Assembly (NCBI GenBank): GCA_963758495.1
Contig: CAVWVI010000004.1
Span: forward strand, 128,001 to 192,000
From: Oligoflexia bacterium
GTDB taxonomy: Bacteria > Bdellovibrionota > UBA1018
Reading direction: 5' to 3'
DNA length: 64,000 nt
Below the pieces are notes generated by a model. It had not been told where the DNA came from and made no database searches. It saw only the letters and a list, made by a program, of their open reading frames with translations. The position numbers and the translations under genes were made by a program. Of the stretch, positions 58,484-64,000 are shown piece after piece. Position 1 is the stretch's first letter, and every line of letters starts with the position of its first letter.

Positions 58484-59434
58484 TTATGACACCTTTGAGT
58501 GGTGATCTTGCTGGTTTTGACCCTCGGCCCGAGGCAATGATTTTGTGTTCACATGAATGAGGTGAGGTTTAGAAGGTAACTTGGAGGGCAACTTGGAAGG
58601 TAAATGCGGTTGCACCTTTCCCTCAAAGATTCGAGAAAAGTGATTACGAAAGCCGATCCAAAATAACTGAAGATTCATTCTCATCGCAAATTTGAGATCA
58701 ACTCTTCCGACCTGAACGATATCCTCACCTTTAGAATAGTCTAACCAATAGATACAAAAGAGATTTGCTTCAAGCTTGTGATAACGCGAAAGCTTTCGCG
58801 GGTCCTGCTCAAAACCCATCTCTTTCTGTGGAGATTTCATAACGAATCTCCTCGAATCGATCTCAACCTTATCTTTAGGAAAATACTTGTCGACATATTC
58901 TCGAGCAAGAAGATTTAAGACTTTAACATATTCTTTTTTAGGAGGTTTAACCAAACTTCCCTTATAATTAGGCCAAACATCACTAAAAAGATCACTGAAC
59001 GTGCCAATGATCGAAGGAGTTGAGGATATATTAGTGTAATAATAGCTCCCGAACTTTCGTCTCTGCAATACCGCCATATAGGCATAGGGTACTCTCAATA
59101 GGTCAACCCCCTTGTTTTTAGCAATCATCACCAATCCGGCGTGAATCGAAGGCATAGGCTTCTCCTCCAAAATCACGTTGTAAAAAAAACCTACAGTTTC
59201 GCCTGCCAAGCGCATCAAACAAAAAGTGGAGGTGGCAAAAAAATTCTTGATACTCTCGAAGTCGTTTTCCGGGTCAAAGATCCCATACTGGAGATTGTTG
59301 CCAGAAATTTCATTGACGTGATCTAACCGGGCTTTCAGATTCTGAATTTCCTCCTGACTCATCCACTGACCCGGCTGAAGGAGATACTCAAGTTCATAAT
59401 TTGCAAACTTCTTCACGACTTTATTCATGCTCAT
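58484..59434 (-). CDS. Hypothetical protein, possible GNAT-like acyltransferase fold
   Basis: 316 aa with GAGGA RBS; FCLMR...VGFFY...IHAGLVMI...KG pattern. Confidence 0.55.
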   Translation of the reverse strand: MSMNKVVKKFANYELEYLLQPGQWMSQEEIQNLKARLDHVNEISGNNLQYGIFDPENDFESIKNFFATSTFCLMRLAGETVGFFYNVILEEKPMPSIHAGLVMIAKNKGVDLLRVPYAYMAVLQRRKFGSYYYTNISSTPSIIGTFSDLFSDVWPNYKGSLVKPPKKEYVKVLNLLAREYVDKYFPKDKVEIDSRRFVMKSPQKEMGFEQDPRKLSRYHKLEANLFCIYWLDYSKGEDIVQVGRVDLKFAMRMNLQLFWIGFRNHFSRIFEGKVQPHLPSKLPSKLPSKPHLIHVNTKSLPRAEGQNQQDHHSKVS

Positions 59435-59457
59435 ATCCTCATTCCGAAAGATGCTTG

Positions 59458-59480
59458 GTAAGTAGTTCCTTTAGGGCTGT
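59458..59480. repeat. Dispersed ~22-bp intergenic motif, copy 3
   Basis: GTAAGTAGTTCCTTTAGGGCTGT, 22/23 identical to copy 2. Confidence 0.65.
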
Positions 59481-59484
59481 TGAC

Positions 59485-59556
59485 AATCACAGCAAGGAGT
59501 CCTGTTGCGCCGTAAAGATTTGGATTCCCAGTGCAACAGGACTCCTTGCTGTGATT
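59485..59556. repeat. Perfect 24-bp inverted repeat
   Basis: AATCACAGCAAGGAGTCCTGTTGC ... GCAACAGGACTCCTTGCTGTGATT. Confidence 0.85.
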
Positions 59557-59671
59557 AAGTTTAACCTAGGTCTCACTTCGCCCCATAAGAACTATTACAC
59601 ATTAACCAATTAAATTGGTCAACTAAAATCGGTGTGCATAGTGTCCATTTAAAAAATGTTACACTACCAAA

Positions 59672-59695
59672 GTACACTTAATCAGGTACACTTAA
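59672..59695. promoter_or_regulatory. Direct repeat GTACACTTAA x2, putative operator
   Basis: 59672-59681 and 59686-59695, upstream of a small basic protein gene. Confidence 0.4.
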
Positions 59696-59761
59696 GCATA
59701 ATCAGCATAAGGGGTATCTTTGCTTGTTAATTATCAAGAAGAATGGATACTTAGAGGGATA

Positions 59762-60022
59762 ATGAGGTCGGACAAATCAAGTCGCGCTACTATTGAAAAA
59801 GCCCTTAAACTACTCGAAGAACACGGATATTCTGTTAAAAAACAAATTCAATACACAAAGAAAACTTTTGAAATATCCGTTCAGACTTTGGAACAGGTTC
59901 GCCAAGTGCAGGGAGCTCTTGGATATAAATTAAAAGACATTGTAGAAGAAGCCTTTACTCAGTGGCTTGAGGTCAAGAATAAGGAATATATGAAGGTCAT
60001 AAAAGCGAAAGAGAATAATTGA
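59762..60022 (+). CDS. Small putative DNA-binding protein (ribbon-helix-helix-like)
   Basis: KKTFEIS..TLEQVR......LKDIVEEAF..WL pattern; ATG after GAGGG. Confidence 0.5.
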   Translation: MRSDKSSRATIEKALKLLEEHGYSVKKQIQYTKKTFEISVQTLEQVRQVQGALGYKLKDIVEEAFTQWLEVKNKEYMKVIKAKENN

Positions 60023-60058
60023 CTGCCCCCTCAATAACTGAGAGATAATCGCCTAGTC

Positions 60059-60724
60059 ATGAGAGAATTTTGTTGGACCTGCCATCGCCCCACCGTGGCG
60101 TGCTTTTGCGCGCTGACCCGTCCATTTGTAAGCTTTGCCGACTTTGCGCTGATTGTGCATCCTGACGAAGCCAGAAGTACTGTCGGTACTGCTTGGATCT
60201 TGCGTCGATCGATTTCCAATATCAAGTGGTTCCGAAGCAAAGGAATTGGACTTGACTCAGACCCAGGTTTTCTCGAGATGCTCAGCGCACCTGGGAGCGT
60301 CCCACTGCTTCTTTTTCCGGGTCCAAAAGTGTTTAATCTCAGTCAGGATTCTACTGAGGCCTGGGAAAGTCTCGTTTCAAATTCACAGCGTCCACTCTTT
60401 ATCGTCATTGATGGTACTTGGACCCAAGCGCATGCGATGCTAAGAAAAAGCATGCTTCTTCACGCACTGCCTCGAGTGAGCTTTGAAACGATACAGCTCT
60501 CGGAATATGGCTTTAAAAAACAACCCCACCAGTTCTGTTTGTCGAGCGTCGAGGGAGTACATCGAGTGATTGAAGTCCTTGCGTCTCGCGGATGGGGGCA
60601 ACTTCCAGCTTTGCGCGAACATGATCAAATGATTGAGATATTTAGAAATATGGTTAAATTTCAGATCAAACAGAATAGGAATCCACAGGCGGACTCTCGC
60701 GTGATGGGCCGTACTCTCGATTAA
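60059..60724 (+). CDS. DTW-domain tRNA-uridine aminocarboxypropyltransferase
   Basis: C..C.RP...CFC, HPDE, LLFP, IDGTW, LSSVE. Confidence 0.9.
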   Translation: MREFCWTCHRPTVACFCALTRPFVSFADFALIVHPDEARSTVGTAWILRRSISNIKWFRSKGIGLDSDPGFLEMLSAPGSVPLLLFPGPKVFNLSQDSTEAWESLVSNSQRPLFIVIDGTWTQAHAMLRKSMLLHALPRVSFETIQLSEYGFKKQPHQFCLSSVEGVHRVIEVLASRGWGQLPALREHDQMIEIFRNMVKFQIKQNRNPQADSRVMGRTLD

Positions 60725-60729
60725 ATGAT

Positions 60730-62187
60730 TTAAAGAACTGTTTCATCTCCAAAATTAGAAAGTGCTTCGAGAGATTTTCCTTCTGCAGAGACGCCAAAAA
60801 TCACAGCTACAAGTGATCCTAGAAGCATCAGAACAGCACCCATGAGATATCCGTAGAAGATGCTTTGGCGACTTCCAGATTCAATCAATGCTCCAAAAAT
60901 AGTGGGTGCTGCTACCCCTCCTACAGCCGTACCTACAGAATAGAACAAAGCAATTGCTAATCCTCTCATTTCAACAGGAAAGAGTTCGCTTACTGTAAGG
61001 TATGCTGCACTCGCCGCAGCTGATGCCACGAAGAAGACTACGCACCAAAGAACTGTCTGAGAAATTGCGGTGAGCCACCCTTGTGCAAATATATAGCCAG
61101 TGAAGGCGAGCAAGACCCCAGAAATTCCATATGTGATAGCAATCATTACCTTCCTACCGATAGTGTCAAATAGAGGTCCCAATATCAGAGGTCCCAGCCA
61201 ATTCCCTATCGCAAAAGGAATCAAAAAAAAGCCTACCTTATCGGATTTAACTCCATAAAAACGTCCGAGAATTAAGGCGTAGGTAAAAAAAATAGCATTA
61301 TACGCAAACGCCTGGGTTATCACTAGGGAAAGCCCAAGAATAGCTCGTCTTCGATATCGACCTAGTATGGATTTAATAATATACTGATAATGAACCGTTC
61401 CTCTGACCAGGAGACTTTGACTCATTTTTACGGTGGAGAGCGGCTTTCCAATTTGTTTCTCAATTTGTTCTTCAATTTGCTTCATGACGGCGTCTGCTTC
61501 TGAAATTCTTCCATGAAGAATGAGCCAACGTGGACTCTCAGGCAAATTGCGTCTTAGAAACAGAATGACTGAACCCAAGAGAGATCCTAGTCCGAAGCAA
61601 GCCCTCCATCCAATGGAGTGTGGCAAAACCGATTCATTCAATAATAGAAGTGAAAGCGCTGCCCCGAGAAGAGTCCCTAACCAGTAGCTGCCATTCAAAG
61701 AAATTCCGACTCGTCCTCGAAAACGTGCAGGCAAAAGTTCGTCAATTGCTGAACTCATGGCTGAGCCTTCTCCTCCAATCCCTGTACCCGTGAGAGCACG
61801 AAAACACGAGAAGCTGTAGAAGTTCCATGAAAATGCCGTTGCGAGAGTACCCAATAAATAGATTGTCAGGGTAACTAGAAAAAGTTTTTTTCTTCCGAAG
61901 CGGTCTGTCAATCGACCAAAAAGCAGTGAGCCAAGAATCGCCCCTAAAAGGTAAGCACTGGCAGAAGCTCCTATTTGCGTTTCACTCAGATGCAGTGTGT
62001 CCGGCTCAATCAATACACCCGAAAGAGCACTGACAATTGTCACCTCAAGACCGTCTAGAATCCAAGTAATTCCAAGAGTGGTAATGATGCGCCAATGCCA
62101 AAAAGACCATGGCAATCGATCGAGCCTTTGCGGTATATTTGTTTGAATGCATGATCCGGGTGGAAGGACTTTAAAATTTTGAGCCAT
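60730..62187 (-). CDS. MFS transporter (sugar porter-like)
   Basis: RLDRLPWS, GRLTDRFGRKK, PESPRWL, SELFP. Confidence 0.92.
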   Translation of the reverse strand: MAQNFKVLPPGSCIQTNIPQRLDRLPWSFWHWRIITTLGITWILDGLEVTIVSALSGVLIEPDTLHLSETQIGASASAYLLGAILGSLLFGRLTDRFGRKKLFLVTLTIYLLGTLATAFSWNFYSFSCFRALTGTGIGGEGSAMSSAIDELLPARFRGRVGISLNGSYWLGTLLGAALSLLLLNESVLPHSIGWRACFGLGSLLGSVILFLRRNLPESPRWLILHGRISEADAVMKQIEEQIEKQIGKPLSTVKMSQSLLVRGTVHYQYIIKSILGRYRRRAILGLSLVITQAFAYNAIFFTYALILGRFYGVKSDKVGFFLIPFAIGNWLGPLILGPLFDTIGRKVMIAITYGISGVLLAFTGYIFAQGWLTAISQTVLWCVVFFVASAAASAAYLTVSELFPVEMRGLAIALFYSVGTAVGGVAAPTIFGALIESGSRQSIFYGYLMGAVLMLLGSLVAVIFGVSAEGKSLEALSNFGDETVL

Positions 62188-62256
62188 GCAAGACTGGTGA
62201 TATCCGAAAAAACTTCCGTATATACATCGCGCTGCATATTCAATGAATCATTGTCG

Positions 62257-62303
62257 AATAATAAAAACCCGAACTTGCTCACGCAAGTCAGGTTTTTATT
62301 ATT
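62257..62303. terminator. Rho-independent terminator downstream of the GST gene
   Basis: AATAATAAAAACC..ACTTGC-TCAC-GCAAGT..GGTTTTTATTATT. Confidence 0.65.
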
Positions 62304-62371
62304 GACTAGGCAACCTAGACAAATTTAGAATTTTGTACTTTTGTCAAATCGCTCATAGCTTTTGAATCTCA

Positions 62372-62998
62372 CTAGCTTAATCCTTCGACCTTAAGAACCT
62401 TGGCAACCGCCGGGCGCGAAGCAACTCGTGTCACGAACCTCTGAATATTCGCATACGGGGCCAATGAAACTTCTAGCCATTGTGCCCACCCCACAACAAC
62501 ATAAGCATAGGCATCTGCCGGACTAAACACTTTTCCCATTAAATAATCTTTTCCAGCTAATTTGGAATCCATATAGCTAAGATATTCGTTAACCCTAGCA
62601 AGCATAGAGTTGCGAATCACTTCCTGCACAGATTTATCTGGCGAAAAACTTGGGATCATGAACATGCCACCTAATGCTTTGTGTAAATCGGAGGCGACAA
62701 AAGAAAGCCAATTTAAGGCCTCCGCACGTTCAACGGTTCCTACAGTGGGCAAGAGCTTTTTATCAGGGACTTTGTCTGAAATATAAGTGTGGATTGCGAT
62801 GTTTTGATCCAACTGTTTGCCTTCATCCGTAATTAAAATAGGCAACGTTCCAAGAGGATTTAGACTTGTGACCAAAGGAATATTTGGATCTGAAGCATTG
62901 TCCCAATCCACTTCAATCGCTTCATATTTGAGTCCAGACTCCTCAAGAATGATGTGGCAAGATGTCGAACACGAACCTGCTGAATAGTATAGCTTCAT
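62372..62998 (-). CDS. Glutathione S-transferase
   Basis: MKLYYSAGSCS, NPLGTLP, WLSFVASDLHK, FSPADAY, RPAV. Confidence 0.93.
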   Translation of the reverse strand: MKLYYSAGSCSTSCHIILEESGLKYEAIEVDWDNASDPNIPLVTSLNPLGTLPILITDEGKQLDQNIAIHTYISDKVPDKKLLPTVGTVERAEALNWLSFVASDLHKALGGMFMIPSFSPDKSVQEVIRNSMLARVNEYLSYMDSKLAGKDYLMGKVFSPADAYAYVVVGWAQWLEVSLAPYANIQRFVTRVASRPAVAKVLKVEGLS

Positions 62999-63151
62999 AG
63001 TGTCTCCTTGTTGAATAAACTTCTGGCTCCAGAATATATTTCATTTCACTCTGATAAGGAAGACTGACTTTATACTGCTGCAAATATGAAGCTCGCTAGC
63101 TACCCTGTAGTGATCTTGCGCAGGGGCTTTAGATTTGCATAACACGCCGCC

Positions 63152-63994
63152 ATGTGGAAACATTGGGTCATTCGCGCAAGCACTCCTCGAAAGCCTTTTT
63201 TACATTTTGAGTCGTCCAGAATTGCATGGACTCGGCTGAAGGTCCTATTTCCAAACTTACTCTCTGCGGTTCTCATGCCGAATCATTTGCATATTATTTT
63301 ACCGAACTCAAAAAAAGATGAAGAAATTCGTCGTAAAATGAGGGGATTTCTGGGAGGAATGAGCAAGTCCCTTAAAATTAAGAATCTTTGGCAAATAGTC
63401 CCTCCGCCTGCGGAAATTCCAGATCAGTTTCATCTTCGTAGGCAAGTTCGTTACATTGCCCTAAATCCATGTCGTAAGAAGCTCTGCTCGGATCCGCTGG
63501 AATGGTACTGGTCAACCTACAGAGAAGTCATAGGTGCCACAGTAGAAAAACCTTCCGTCGATTTAGCTCAATCATTAGGTGATTCACAAAAGAATTTCCA
63601 AATCCGATTTCACAACTATGTGTCCGGCGATCCATCAGTAAACATTGCCGGCACGAAATATCCCCAGCCCGCAGTTCCGAAAACACTAGCTGAATGCGGC
63701 ATTGGAGAAATCCTTGCTGCGGCAGCCAGCGCTCTTCGAATTTCGCCCCATGAAATAAAGAAGGATCGGGCAGCACTCCGACAGCTCTTTATCCACCTTG
63801 CCTACCGCCATAAATGGCAACAAATTTCCTTACTTGCTCAGATCTGTGGAATGAGTCCTCGAGGTGTCCATTATATTCTTAATCAAGAAGCCCCCGAAGG
63901 CATGTCCGCTGCAGAACTCTGCCTTGGAGATTGCAGGCTTCGCCGGACAACAGCGGAGCTGCCTAATAAAGGAACCTCGCAAGTTACCTTATAG
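63152..63994 (+). mobile_element. REP-associated tyrosine transposase (RAYT, Y1 HUH)-like protein with C-terminal extension
   Basis: VLMPNHLH (HUH), YIALNP, PLEWYWSTY. Confidence 0.8.
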
Positions 63995-64000
63995 GAAGGT

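Noticed and set aside
833..63776. Numerous 60-146 aa ORFs nested in or antisense to long genes
   Set aside because: Shadow ORFs with no motifs, overlapping well-supported CDSs

Overview
AT-rich bacterial chromosomal window, standard genetic code; gene content suggests a Bdellovibrionota-like organism (inference only). Housekeeping blocks: ABC-F ATPase, DES1-like sphingolipid desaturase, acs, a menaquinone cluster (menFDBACE, menI, menG plus a DAHP synthase, no menH), tRNA-modification enzymes, RND pump, Ser/Thr kinase-AAA-GAF-His kinase, MFS, GST and a RAYT-like transposase. Between them are two accessory operons of signal-peptide-bearing proteins, each containing a polymorphic toxin-immunity pair (23.6-34.3 kb and 41.1-44.3 kb). 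The most unusual structure is a ~0.7 kb module present twice in inverted orientation around the second toxin operon. Each copy has a variable-number 14-bp tandem array, a ~170-nt structured leader, an Avd/IVS-like four-helix-bundle gene and a terminal hairpin. Comparing the copies shows purifying selection on the protein, and the non-coding leader is more conserved than synonymous sites, which suggests a functional RNA-protein module or mobile element. Several toxin-antitoxin modules survive only as deletion remnants. No tRNA, rRNA or CRISPR array was recognised.
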